Assembly: GCA_017654855.1 (NCBI GenBank)
Contig: CM030338.1
Location: 1,426,001-1,490,000 of the forward strand
Reading direction: 5' to 3'
DNA: 64,000 bases
Source: Podospora anserina
Taxonomy: Eukaryota
Positions 21,636 to 33,754 of this stretch are shown one piece after another. The stretch's first letter is position 1, and the number at the start of each line of letters is the position of its first letter. A model generated the notes under the pieces. That model was not told the origin of the DNA. It did no database searches and saw only the letters and a program-made list of their open reading frames with translations. Made by a program: the position numbers and the translations under genes.

Positions 21636-24083
21636 ATGCCTTCACCCCGCGCACAACGCGCCCGCAGAGAGACTCGCAGCGAGGCTGTCGTCGAGCACTC
21701 TTCCCCCTCGCGCCCGTCGAAGCGTCGTAAAAAGGTACCCCATCTCCATCTCCAACCCCGCGCTGGCGCTGGCGCATTTGCAACTGAAGCCGCATCGTCA
21801 ATGTTTTCCTTGAACCCCTCCCCCTCCTTTTCTTGGACCTGCATCCCACTAGCTCCATCATCATGTATGGGTCGCTAACATGTAATGTGTCAAACGATAG
21901 AATGACGACGTCGCCGAAGCTCCCGATGCGGCTGTCGAGCCTGCCGACGAGGGTGATTCCTCGCATGTCGCCGACCAATCGACCACGCCCTTGACGGACG
22001 AGGAACTTATAACAAAGGTGTCCCGTAGTCTGCACGCGTCCGCGCAGCCGAACCAGCTCGTCCAGGCCAGCAGGGATCATTCAAACCTGCTTCACGAGAA
22101 CAATAACGAGGGTGTTCAGGCCTATGCAAAGCTTGCCGCCTCGGACTGGACTTATTTCATCAGGCAGCTCAAGGTCAATATTGGACGCTGTCCCGACCCT
22201 CCGGCCGCACCCTCTCCTGCGCCAGCGCCGGCCGACACTCAGGGGAGCTCGGCTCCGCCTGTCGCTGACGACAATGCCGTTCACGTCGATCTCGGACCTA
22301 GTAAGATGATTTCGAGGCTGCACGCCGTCATCTACTTTGATGGGGACCAGGAGGCGTGGCGCCTGACGGTCAAAGGTCGCAATGCGCTCAAGGTCGATGG
22401 CATCCCTTGGAGGAATGGGCAATCTGGCGTTTTGAAGAGCGGTGAGGTTATCGAGATTGGCGGGGTCGAGATGATGTTTGTCCTCCCTGTTGAGCTTAGC
22501 CCGCTCGCCATACACAAACAGTACCTGGAGCGCGCGGGAATCGGGAAGCCGGAACCAGCTGCCGCTCCCGTCCGGTCGGTCCGCCATCCGCTTCCCTCGG
22601 GTGATGGCCTTCACTCGAGCTCCCCCAACAAGTCATCTCGAGGTCATGGTGCCCAAAAAACGCTGGCGCCTGCGCCTCCCGACTACAAGCGACCGGGTAC
22701 GCCCCCCTCGATTCGTCGTGTAGGGTTGGGCGTCAAGGGGCCGAATGTTGATTCCACTCCCGGGCCTATCTTGATGACCAACTCGGATGTCGATCTGAGC
22801 CTCGATGAAAATGCGCACATCAAGCCCCAATACAGCTACGCTCAGCTAATCACACAGGCCATCATTTCCACGCCCGATCACAAATGCACACTGGCGGGGA
22901 TTTACCACTTTATCACTACCAAGTATGCCTACTACCGCCATCAACCAGCTGGTGGCTGGCAGAACTCCATCCGTCACAATCTTTCCCTACACAAAGCGTT
23001 TGAAAAGGTGGCAAGGCACTCTGATGAGCCGGGCAAGGGCATGAAGTGGCAGCTGGTGGCCGAGAACCGCGAAGAAATGATCAAGCAAACCTGGCGTGTC
23101 GGTCGAGGCGGCCACCGCGGGGCGTCTAGTAATCCGTCCTCACCATCGTCGGCCCAGCTGAACTACATCACCTCGGGACCGCGCGACATGGCCGCAGCCA
23201 GGGACCCCGTCTCTTCTGCCCGAAAGAGAAAGGTTTCCCCTTCTGGTTCCCCGCAACCCCGGACGGTTCTCCGCACCACCGAAGCAGCGGCTCACTCCAC
23301 ACCCGTCCGAGCGACCAGGAAACCCCTCCCTGACGAGCCGGGAAAAGATCTTGACGGCAGCCCGTTGCCCCGGGCGGCGAGGAAGCCGGCGGCTTCGAGC
23401 GCTCTGGGCAAGGTGGAGAATGCTCCCGGTTCGCCGACGCTGACGTCGAGCTACGACGCGAACGAGGATCACTTGTCGCAGTTCGTCACGCCTGCCCCGC
23501 CGAGGGTGCACCCGAGGCTGGCGCCGCCGAGCACGGCGCAGAGGCCGAGTCAGCACATGCCTACTAGTTCGCCGGCGCCGTTTTGGAGGTATGCTGATTT
23601 TGGGAGCACACCGCTGAAGGCACCGGCGGGGTTTGAGGTGGGCAGTCCGACAAAGGGGGGTCCGGTGGGGGGTTTGGGGGGGGATGTGAAGGGGGAGCAG
23701 CAGGTGGCTAGCAGTCCACCGCCGGTTGTGCAGTCGAGGAGGGAGAGGAGCAAGAGCCCGGTGGGGGGTGTGCCGCCGCAGAGTCCGACGAGACGAGGGG
23801 GCAGTGTGGGTGCTGTCGTCGCGCCTGGGGGGTTGGAGGATGAGGAAGGGGAGGTGGGGGGTGGGATGCCGGAGGAGGAGGGGTTTGATTTGACGAAGTG
23901 AGTAATTTTTATTTTTTTTGTCTTGCCAATCTTGATGACGAGAAGCTAACAAAGAATAGGGGGTTCCAAAGCATTAGCAGTTTCCACGCCACGGTCGTCA
24001 AGCCTGGTTCCAATGGGGAGTCGCAGTCGCAGTCTCAGGGGACGAATGCCAATGGAGATCCTGAGACGCAGGAGAGTGTTTGA
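21636..24083 (+). CDS. FHA + forkhead transcription factor (Fkh1/Fkh2-like); exons 21636-21734, 21901-23897, 23960-24083
   Basis: FHA: VQAYAKLA...IGR...DLGPSKMISRLHA...GRNALKVDG. Forkhead: KPQYSYAQLITQAI...GWQNSIRHNLSLHKAFEKV...EPGKGMKW. Spliced C-terminus FDLTK|GFQSISSFH; canonical GT-AG introns. Confidence 0.93.
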
Positions 24084-25451
24084 GCTTTTTTCGTACATTT
24101 TTTGTTTCTGTGTGGTGGTGATTGATGTCAACACAGACACGGGCAAACGATTCATTGGTATCGCCACTCTTGTTTGGTCAAAGCTGAGGACGCATCATCC
24201 TCAGGTAACATGGGCATTTTTTTTCTTTTTTTTTTCGTTTCAGATTGCCTGTTTTATTACCCTTTTTTTCCTATTCTTTCTGCTGAAGGGCTATATGGTG
24301 GGTTTAGGGAAAGGAAAGGGAGTGTGGGTGGTGCATGGGACACTGGTGTTGATTTGTTTTTAATTGACTGAGTATAATCATTACTCGTATGGGAATATGG
24401 GATTATTGATTGGGGAGGCGGGGGAGGTGGACTTTTTTTTTCTCTTGTTTTTTTTCACTTGTTACTGATATCTTTTTTCTTTTTCTTTTTCGGTTGCTGG
24501 ATTTATCACTAGGAGTATATGGAGTTTGAGGGCCCTCGGTTTTTTCAAGTGGTGCAGAGAGGGTAAACACACACTGTGTTGTTGTTGTTGTTGTTGTTTC
24601 TCTAGGAAGAGAGAGTCAGGGGGTGTATACCTACTACTGGCCTGAGTTGGGGCAGGATGAGATGTGATTGGAGGGAAAGGGAGGGTGATCAAGGAGATAT
24701 GGGGGGGGATGTTTGATGAGCGATGTGGGAGGAGGATGGCAGGGAGATAATATTATCGATTGGCTCTTGTTTTGTCAAATGGTAGTGTTATTCTTTTGCT
24801 GTGTTTTTGGTCGAGGGAGGAAGGAAGGAAGGTTTGATTGTCAAGCTTTGCTGATAATGGTGGGGGTTTTATCAATTGCTTGTTGGGAGTTTGTGTTGTA
24901 AAGCGTTCAACAGCTGGGAATGAATAGTGTTAGGGGGGAGGGGTTAGCTAGCAATGGAACGTGGGATGCCGAATAGTTGGAGTTGTGCTTCCGATGTGGT
25001 GTGTGAATAGGTAATGATGGTATGGTTTGCGAATAACGATGATAAAGATGTCTTGTGAGAGAGGAGGCAATTTCTGGACCCTGGATTCCATACAAGTGAT
25101 GAAGAGTGGCAAATAGGGGTGCATGGCGGCAAGGGGGGGTTCGGCTTCTGGAATGGGGAATGTCTCGGGTAGAATGGCTGGGGGTCGGGGTTGATAATAT
25201 GGGGGAAAGGAAGTGGTCAGAGAAGGCTGAAGCTAGGGCCCTTATGACGACAGCGTGAGCTACCTTGGCTTGTGGTAGGAGCTACCCCTTTAGCTGGGTG
25301 CCTACCTGACTTGCACATCACCACCACCCATGCATGCGGCTCAACTCGAGCAGATCACCATTGCCAATACCAGACCTCCAACCAGGACACACCCTCCATT
25401 CCCCTGCCTATTAATCAGACTTAACGATATCCGCTATAATACCACCACAGA

Positions 25452-26323
25452 ATGTGGCCCTCCTCTCCACCAGGCCCTCCCCCACAGGCACACCCGCACG
25501 CTATAGTCAACCCCCTTCGCGACGAGGAACAGCAAGCACTGCCCCCGCCGTCTTATTACTCTTCTGTTCTCCAGCCTGCCGGGGGTAACAACAACCAACA
25601 GGAGCAGCCACCACCAGTGGACAACAAAGAACTAGAAACACAACCCCCAAGGATAGGAGACCGAGCCCCGAGCCTAGGGCCAAGTATCACCTTCCCAACA
25701 GACAAACCCCTCCTGGTAGTCTTCCTTCGATACTGCGGATGTCCATGTAAGTCCATCTCTCCCCCCCCCCCACCCCCCAACCTCCATATTCGTGTCTAAG
25801 CTAACCCCTCACAGTCGCAGAACAAGCTTTCACCAACCTCACCACCTTTTCCACCACCCACCCCTCCATCACCTGCATAGCAATCACCCAATCCCCCCCC
25901 TCCGAATCCGACACCTGGATCATCTCCCTCGGCGGCCTCTGGTCCATCTCCACCGTCATCCCCGACCCGTCTTTGTCACTCTACCATTCCTGGGGATTAC
26001 ACCAAAACAGGTCATGGTACGACTGGTTTGTGGAGAACCTCAAAGTTCCCATCACCAAGCCGGTGAATGTCACCAATCTGGAGCATAAGCCTCATGGGAG
26101 GTACGAAGGAGAGAATAAATGGCAGCAGGGGGGCGCGTTTGGGATTGACCAGGATGGGTTTGTGAGGTGGGCTTGGGTAGGGAGGAAGGTGGATGAGGTT
26201 GTGGATTTTGAAAGGGGCGGGGTGGTGGAGGCGCTTTTGGGGAGGGAGAAACAGAAGAAGAAGAAGGGGGGAGAGGGGGGGGACAATAAAGATGAGGGGG
26301 GTGGGAATGGACAGCTGATGTAG
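25452..26323 (+). CDS. Peroxiredoxin-like thioredoxin-fold protein (AhpC/TSA_2 family); intron 25747-25814
   Basis: LLVVFLRYCGCP|FAEQAF, ...VIPDPSLSLYHSWGL, ...KWQQGGAFGIDQDGFVRW; GTAAGT...GCTAAC...CAG intron restores the frame. Confidence 0.85.
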
Positions 26324-26451
26324 TATGAGGTTGTGCTTGATGATTGGGAGAGTGAGTGATCAAGGGGGGAGATGGCAATACAGAGATGAGGAGAAAGAGA
26401 TGTGCAGTAGAGTTAATCATCAGTATTCATTCAATCACTGTGCTGTTGGTT

Positions 26452-26456
<5 letters not shown>

Positions 26457-26494
<38 letters not shown>
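26457..26494. repeat. (TG)19 microsatellite
   Basis: Direct reading. Confidence 0.9.
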
Positions 26495-26495
<1 letters not shown>

Positions 26496-26554
26496 AAAAT
26501 AAAGAGATAAAAAAGGAAACGCTGGGAACGCTGCCCTGAAAATCAAACGCTGTG

Positions 26555-26627
26555 TGACGGGCCAGGAGTCGAACCTGTTTTTTTTCGCTCAAACTTGGGA
26601 GTGTAATAACCGCTATACTACCGCGCC
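26555..26627 (-). pseudogene. Degenerate tRNA-like element (possibly tRNA-Gln(UUG)-derived) with intact Pol III A and B boxes
   Basis: Minus strand GGCGCGG TAGTATAGCGGTTATTAC ACTCCCAAGTTTGAGCGAAAAAAAA CAGGTTCGACTCCTGG CCCGTCA. A box, D arm and T arm (GGTTCGACTCC) are present; the acceptor stem needs one inserted base and the anticodon stem is unpaired; TTTT lies about 15 nt downstream. Confidence 0.65.
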
Positions 26628-27182
26628 ACGGAATAGTGATTAGAATTTGAAAACTATATACCCCCGTTGGTTGGGTTGGGTTCTGGTCGGTGGTTGTGGT
26701 GGAGACAATGATGAAAGTGGCGTTGTTTAGGGCGGAAGGTTGAAGATGTTACGTCTTGACGGCATGTGAAAGAGTAACTATACAGAACAGTGACCAGCAT
26801 TGCAGATGGACAACATATCAAACGAGGTGTCAGGACATGACAGCCATTGTAAATGGGGAGATGAAATTGTATTGAAGCAGTCAAAACAACATGTAAATGA
26901 ACAAGAACAAACAGCTAGGGAGCAGAACCCCAACAAGATATCATAAAAAGTCAAAAGTGAGAGACAGAGACAGAGAGAGAGAGAGATAGAACTATGATGC
27001 TTAACGATAGAGAAACACACATGTTTACTCCTTCCAATCCCATTCCTGTCAAAAAGAAAATCTCCGATTATTGTATCCCATCATCATAACAAGGCTTCAC
27101 AGCTCCACCTCTTCTCACACACTCATACACACACGATTCTCTCAGTCCATGTCTCGTACATTCTAACCGGTATCGCTTGCAT

Positions 27183-29341
27183 CTAATACTCCATCCCACC
27201 AAAGCTCTTATTCCTCACCAGCGTCGCCCTCTCCAAGCTCGCCCTGGGAAGCTGCTCATGGCTCCGCGTCCTACTGCGCGCTGTGCCCGGCCGCGAAGGG
27301 GCGTCGCCGTCTTCGACAGCGCTCATGATATCCGCGGGGACATCCGGATCATCCCTGATGCGGTGGATGAAGAAGGCCGAGATCAGCACCGTGATGCCAC
27401 CCAATGCCAGCACAATCGCGATACTGTGGTCTCCCGGCTCGCCGCGGGGCTTTTGGAAAATTTGGAAGATCACACTGCTGAGCAAGGTGGCGATGATCTG
27501 AGGGGCAGCAATGGCCATGTTGTGGATCCCCAAGATGACACCGGCCTGGTCGGCGGCTTCGGCGTCTTCCCCTGATTCGAGCTCGCGGGCCTCGTCGGAG
27601 TTGTAGCCGTCCATTCCGCGGGTGGGTGAGAGCATCCTCTGCGCTCGTTGTTGGCGACGGTCTTCGTCGCGGCGGGAAATCTCGGCGCTGATGATAGCCC
27701 ATGGTGCCCAGAGAGTAAGAGCCCAGGTGATACCGACGAGGCCAATGAGTACTGTGGCTGCTGTGACGGTCCGCACGAAAACAGTGCAAAGCATGCTGCA
27801 GGTGAAAAGAATCTGGGCAAGCATCCAGGCGCGGCGAAGCGTGAATCCAGGGATGACGAGGTAGTCCAACCAGGACTTTTCCTCGTCGTAATCCTTGAGC
27901 GAGCTGGGGCCGCCCTCGTCAGGGGAGACAACAGCACTGCCAGGTTGAGTTGTGTATGTTGGCGCAATGAAGAAGGGGAGGAACACATTCGTTGCCAGAC
28001 TAGTGATCGCAAAGATGAGCAACGCAAAGGTTCCCTCCCGAGTGGCGTCTTCATAGAGCCTGTCGAGTTCCTCAGGGGTCATGTTCGGGTTGGCCTCGAG
28101 ATATGGTTCGGCATAAATCTCGCCAATGTACGACGAAGTGTAGAAGAGCATAGGGAAGAAACCAATCCATGCGCAGAATTGGACTTCGCAGACTTTTCTG
28201 GTCTGGGGCGGTAGCCGTTGAATGGAGGTGAAGATCTTGTTGAAGAAGGCGAGGACGCCAGGCTTGTCCTTGATGGGTGGCCCCTCGAGTCGGGGATCGC
28301 GTTCGCGGATAAAAATGCAGGTAGCGACAACCGTCACTCCCAGCGCAATACTCGCGATGGCGCAAAGGTCCTTGAATTGGGTATCACCCAAAAACCAGAG
28401 CACACTGGGCAGATCGGTATAGCCAGCGAGGTAGCCTGCAATGTTTCCAATACCGACAAACCTGCTTGCCATGGCATTCGCAACCTCTGTAACAGGCGTT
28501 AGACTTGAACTAAATCAAGGGGCATAGAATAACTGACCTTGCTGATGAGAGGGTGCGCAGTCGACAATAAACGCTCGAATCGCGGCTTGCACTGCAATGG
28601 CTGGTCAGCACACAAGTCCTCCTATCCGGTCCTGTGCAATAACCTACCTGTATTGATTGCAAAGTCCAAAATATACACCCACAAAACTGCAATAACGATA
28701 ATGGAGTTCTTCACAAATGCCGACTCTGGGTCTGCTCCGAATACGCCAAAGAAGCCCCCAACGATGTCTTTGGTCCAGGCAAGGAACATCAACGATATGA
28801 TGGTGGCAGCAGCCCCTCCGAGCATGAATGGCTTGCGCTTGCCCCAGCTCAGACGACAATTGTCGCTCAGCATGCCAACATATGGTTGCACCAATGTCCC
28901 CGACAACGGCCCGGCAATCCAGACCAGTGCCATCAACGACTTGCTCAGACCGAGCGAGAGCAGGTAAGGAGAGCCATTGGACATCTCAACCGACCATGCG
29001 ATCTGCAGGCCACCGATACTAATAGTCAAGAGGATGAGATACCAGACACTCTTAGTCGCCTGGTGCTCATCCTCGCCGTTATCGAGCGCTTGGGCGCGGA
29101 TGAAGCCATCGTCTTCACCCGAGCCGGAGGAGGGAGAGAGCAGCGGCGACTGCTCGTTCAGACTGTCCGTGTCGAATACTGGCTGACGGTCATTTCCACC
29201 TGATGATGGGTTGCCTGTCCTTGATGATTTCGCCTGTTCTTTGCCCTTGGCCGATTGATTCGTGGGTATTGATGTCTGTTGGCGTTGGCTGTCGCCTGCG
29301 GGGTGGCCCCGATCTGGAATTGCTGCTAACGACGACGTCAT
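27183..29341 (-). CDS. Sucrose/general alpha-glucoside:H+ symporter (Sut1/SLC45-like MFS); two introns near 28490-28650
   Basis: LTISIGGLQIAWSVEMSNGSPYLLSLGL, WIAGPLSGTLVQPYVG, WGKRKPF, LDFAINT|VQAAIRAFIVDCAP, QFCAWIGFFP, AGVILGIHNMAIAAPQ. First ATG at 29341. Confidence 0.92.
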
Positions 29342-30950
29342 GCGGAGCAAGAGCTTAGAAGCTGCCACAGCAACAACGGCGGTTCGCGCGCTTCCGTGTC
29401 GCTCGACCTGGCACGGAAAAAAACAATTGACGGCGTCTTCTATGCGAGTTTGTTATTTTCTCGATGTGTTGGATTCGAGCGAATAAGCTATCGGTGGTAT
29501 CGTAAGTGGTGGTCGGGTTGGGCAAAAAGCAGGACGGAAGAGGGCGTGGGAGGTGCTTGTGAAAGAAGAGCTGAGGTGCCTGAGTTTCGGCCGTGCCGGG
29601 ATCGTCCCTGAGAGCACAGGTCGCGGCGAATACAGGAGGCTGTGGCACTGGACGGAGCTGGGAGGGCACCGAGGGATGCTCGCAACTGATATAAACTTGT
29701 AGAGGAGTGAAAATATCACGCGGCCAAGTCAACGTCTGCCACGAGACCCGTCGTGGTTCGAGTGGTGCGATTGCGGAAGCAAGTCGAGAAAACCCCGGCT
29801 ATCTAGAGGAGGCAGGGCTGGTCTGTGACAAAAGATACTGCAATGCAGAGCAACTTGAGCTTCGATTTTGGTTGGTCCACGAATGACAACCATCAGAGAG
29901 ACGCCAGGCGGCACGGGTCTGGATCTCTTGAAGCTGCAGGGGCGCATCATGGAAGGCCCAGCGCCGAGCGACAGGCTTCTCCGGATTTTGCGGGCACTAA
30001 TTATGTCAGGCAATTGGAACCACAGCGGGCCGTTATTCTTTGTTCCATGGATCGCAGCACTGTTGCTTCAACGTCCAATCTTTTGACTAGGTCTGAGATC
30101 TCTGACTCGGATCCCTTGGCAGAAACAACCACCAAACATTCATTCCAACTTGTTCCGAGTATTGGGGATTGTCTTTGAACTCCAGCAACAGATCAGAATC
30201 ACATGTTTTGGAGCAGTGGCTGCCATGGTGCACAGTGTAAAATACGAAGCAATACGGGGGCTTCACATGGCCTCGATTTAATCCCAACCCAAGCAAGCAC
30301 TAGTAGCCCAGGTGACAGCTTCATGAGCCCGTAGTTGATATTTTGCTGAACCGGCTGATGATGCGAAGTAGCACAGAGTTGTATTTTTGGCCATCTTGTA
30401 TTTATTGTTGGATATGGACGCGGATATCGAGAGTGATGCTGGAGCTTGATATATGACCGAGAAGACTGACACAGCATCTGCTATGCAGTTCTTATCCTGA
30501 CCTCCCCAGGACTTAGCAGAACAATAGGTGCTATGAGTGAGGTTCAAGATGTCTGAACAGCTCAACTTAGACACATGCTTCCCCTCCAAGTGCCAAGCCT
30601 ATTGACCCACCGATTGGGAAGCTCCCCTGTTGGCGGTTGGTAGTGGCTTGCGCGGATTGGCCGCCTCATGGTCATCGGCGGGTCTCGGCAGCGATCCTTG
30701 TGGACACTTTCTTGAACCTGGCGACGTCTCAAACTTGGGATGTTGAGCTTACCAAATGCCAACCAAATCAGCCTGTCCAGACGTGCCATCGCCGTCCGTC
30801 TCTTACGTACCTTTTACCAATTCATGCTCCTTCGCTTCCCGTGAGCCTGAGAGTCCTGAGCCCTGCCGTGACCTCTGAGCTGAACTGAGCTTCCCCAACC
30901 CTCGTCCGCGCCGGGGCCAAGCCCGCTGTCGCTGTCCAACAGACGCCGCC

Positions 30951-33211
30951 ATGCTGTCAGAAGTTGTCGCGAGCTCCCTCGTGGAACTTGCCAGTACGCG
31001 CATTCCCCCTTTCTCCCTCCCCAACCCCAAACTATCCCACGAACAGGCTCTAACAGAATGCTTCAGAACGAGAGGAAGAAGACCCCGCCGGTATGCCCGA
31101 TCCCCTACATCCATCATCCGAACTCCCCCCTCCCGCCGAACGAACATCTCGAGACCCTCGACAGCATGCTAACTGCGCGATACAGGCTCCGACCCGCCCC
31201 ACCAGGAGAAATACTCATCATGGGCCATATTTATTCTGCTGTCGCTACTCATTGTGTCGTTCTGCACGAGCTACACTCTACAACAGAGAAAGATCACAGC
31301 TATTCATGAAACTGTCGTATCCATCTTCGGCGGTACGAACGATTCTCCTCCATCATCCCCGACGAACCTCACCCTAACCAACATATTTCTAGGCATGACC
31401 ATCGGTCTCATCCTCCGCGTATCTGGCTTCGATTCCGTCAGAGACTTGGTCAACTTTAACTACCAATACTTCTTCAACCTTCTCCTTCCCCCGATTATTC
31501 TCTCGTCCGGCTACGAACTCCACCAAGCCAACTTTTTCCGAAATATAGGAACAATCTTGAGTTTTGCTTTTGCGGGAACGCTCATCTCGGCCGTTGTGAT
31601 TGGCGTCTTGCTCTTCTTTTACACTGCAATCTCTCCCGAGGGGCTGGATGTGTCGTGGACCGATGCCATCGCCGTCGGCGCAACGCTTTCTGCCACAGAT
31701 CCGGTCACTATCTTGGCAATCTTCAACTCGTACAAGGTTGACCCGAAGCTGTACACCATCATCTTCGGCGAGTCTATTCTGAACGATGCAGTGGCCATTG
31801 TTATTTTCGAGGCTTCCCAGGCCAAGCATTCTTCCGGGTCAGGGGGTATTGGCATCTTCAGCATCCTGCATGGAATCTGGTACTTCTTGAAAGAGTTCTT
31901 TGGCAGTTTGGCGATTGGCTGCATTGTGGGCGTAATGACTGCTCTCGCCTTGAAGTACACCTATGTCAGACGGTATCCAGCCATCGAGAGTTGCTTGGTT
32001 GTGCTCATTGCTTATGCCAGCTACTTTTTCTCTCAAGCTATTGAGATGTCTGGTAGGTCTTCCCGTAAGCGCCCGTACTTGAGAATCGTGGATTAACTTG
32101 GTGCTCAGGAATTGTATCGCTTCTCTTCTGCGGCATCACGCTCAAGCACTACGCTTACTTCAACATGTCCCGCCGAACGCAGCTGACGACCAAGTACCTG
32201 TTCCAAGTTCTCGCTCACCTGTCTGAAAACTTCATCTTTATCTACCTAGGTCTGGCCCTCTTCACGGAGAAGAACCTCGTCTTTCAGCCCCTGTTGATCA
32301 TTGTCACGGTTGTTTCCGTCTGTGCGGCAAGATGGCTCGCTGTCTTCCCGCTTTCTCGAGCGATCAACTGGTTCCGCCGATATAGAGCCTCCCGACGTGG
32401 TGGCGAAGCCGATGAGTTGCCCTACAGCTACCAAGCCATGCTCTTCTGGGCCGGTCTTCGTGGAGCCGTCGGCGTCGCTCTCTCAGCCCGCTTTACCGCG
32501 AAGGAAACCCAAGCTCTGCAAGCGACCGTCCTTGTTGTAGTGGTGCTGACCGTCATCATCTTTGGCGGCACTACAGCCCGCATGCTCGAGATATTAGGAA
32601 TCCGCACTGGGGTAACAGAGGATGCGGATTCCGATGACGAGTTTGATATCGAGGCTATTGGAGGCGGACTTTACAAACGACCGGACAATAGTGGGATAGG
32701 ATACACTCCCAGAAGTCGGAGCCGCGGGTCGGCCGTTGCATTGGATAACGTTGGCGGTAATAACAGCAACGGTGCGAGCTGGACATCAGGAAACAGGAGG
32801 AAACCCAGCCATGGGAGAAAGGGACACAACTCCAAGGACAGCAACGACTTTGAGAGGTCAGAGTTGTTGGGTGTCAACAATGGCGGGAACAGTAACACTG
32901 ACTCTGAGTTTGGGAGCGACATTGACATCTCAGACTTGCCACCACCGGCGCCGAGGAGGAGGTCGAGCCCTATGCCAGGAGGGGATATCCCACCAGCTTC
33001 GACTGCGGCCACAACCCTTGGCTCTGGCCAGAACAGTGAGAGTGGGAATCATTCCACGCCACTAACAGCGTCTGCTGCGATTAGACAACTCTTCAGAACA
33101 GACGACCCATCTGCCCTGTTTAGACAGTTGGACGAAGACTACATCAAGCCAACGCTGTTGCTAGATGGGAGTCATGGTAGAGGAGGCAGTGGTGGTGGAG
33201 GCTCGCATTAG
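30951..33211 (+). CDS. NHX1: Endosomal/vacuolar Na+(K+)/H+ exchanger Nhx1; several short introns
   Basis: IHETVVSIF, FFNLLLPPIIL..GY, LSATDPVTILAIF, IIFGESILNDAVAIV, LSENFIFIYLG, WAGLRGAVGVAL, FGGTTARMLEILGI, DEDYIKPTLLLD. Confidence 0.93.
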
Positions 33212-33754
33212 ATGTTGTTTTCCTTTCTGGTCAGGTCAAGCCCTGAATTTTGGCTCGGTGCATATAGGAGGGATATCTTTTGGCAAAAGGATGCCAGGCG
33301 AGGAGGCATACACCGGCGGCGTTTGTTCTTTTTTCTTTCTGCTGTTACTATGATTAGATGTCTTTGTTCTGTTTAGCTGGGAAACGCTGGCGTGTTTGGC
33401 TGGCTGGCTGTTGACTTTCTCAGTGCGAACTTGAAGGAATAAAATGTTTGGATCATTGTTAGTCCCATCTCAGTACCTGCCTGCTCTATCGCAATAATGT
33501 CTTTTGGGATGGAGCAATTTTCCATGCAAAGCCGATCCATTCGGACATTGCTAGATTTTATCTATCATAAACAAAAGAGTAGGGTATCCAAACAATCTAG
33601 CTGTAGCTTACTGACCAATGCTAAACAACAAAAATGCAGTGTCCGTAATCCGTGGTATATCTCAAAAAGATATGCCAAAACAAAATCAAGCAACCAAACC
33701 AAAACGCCATGCAGTAAGGACTCCCCCTTCATTATCTTCCCCATTCTCTCCCCG

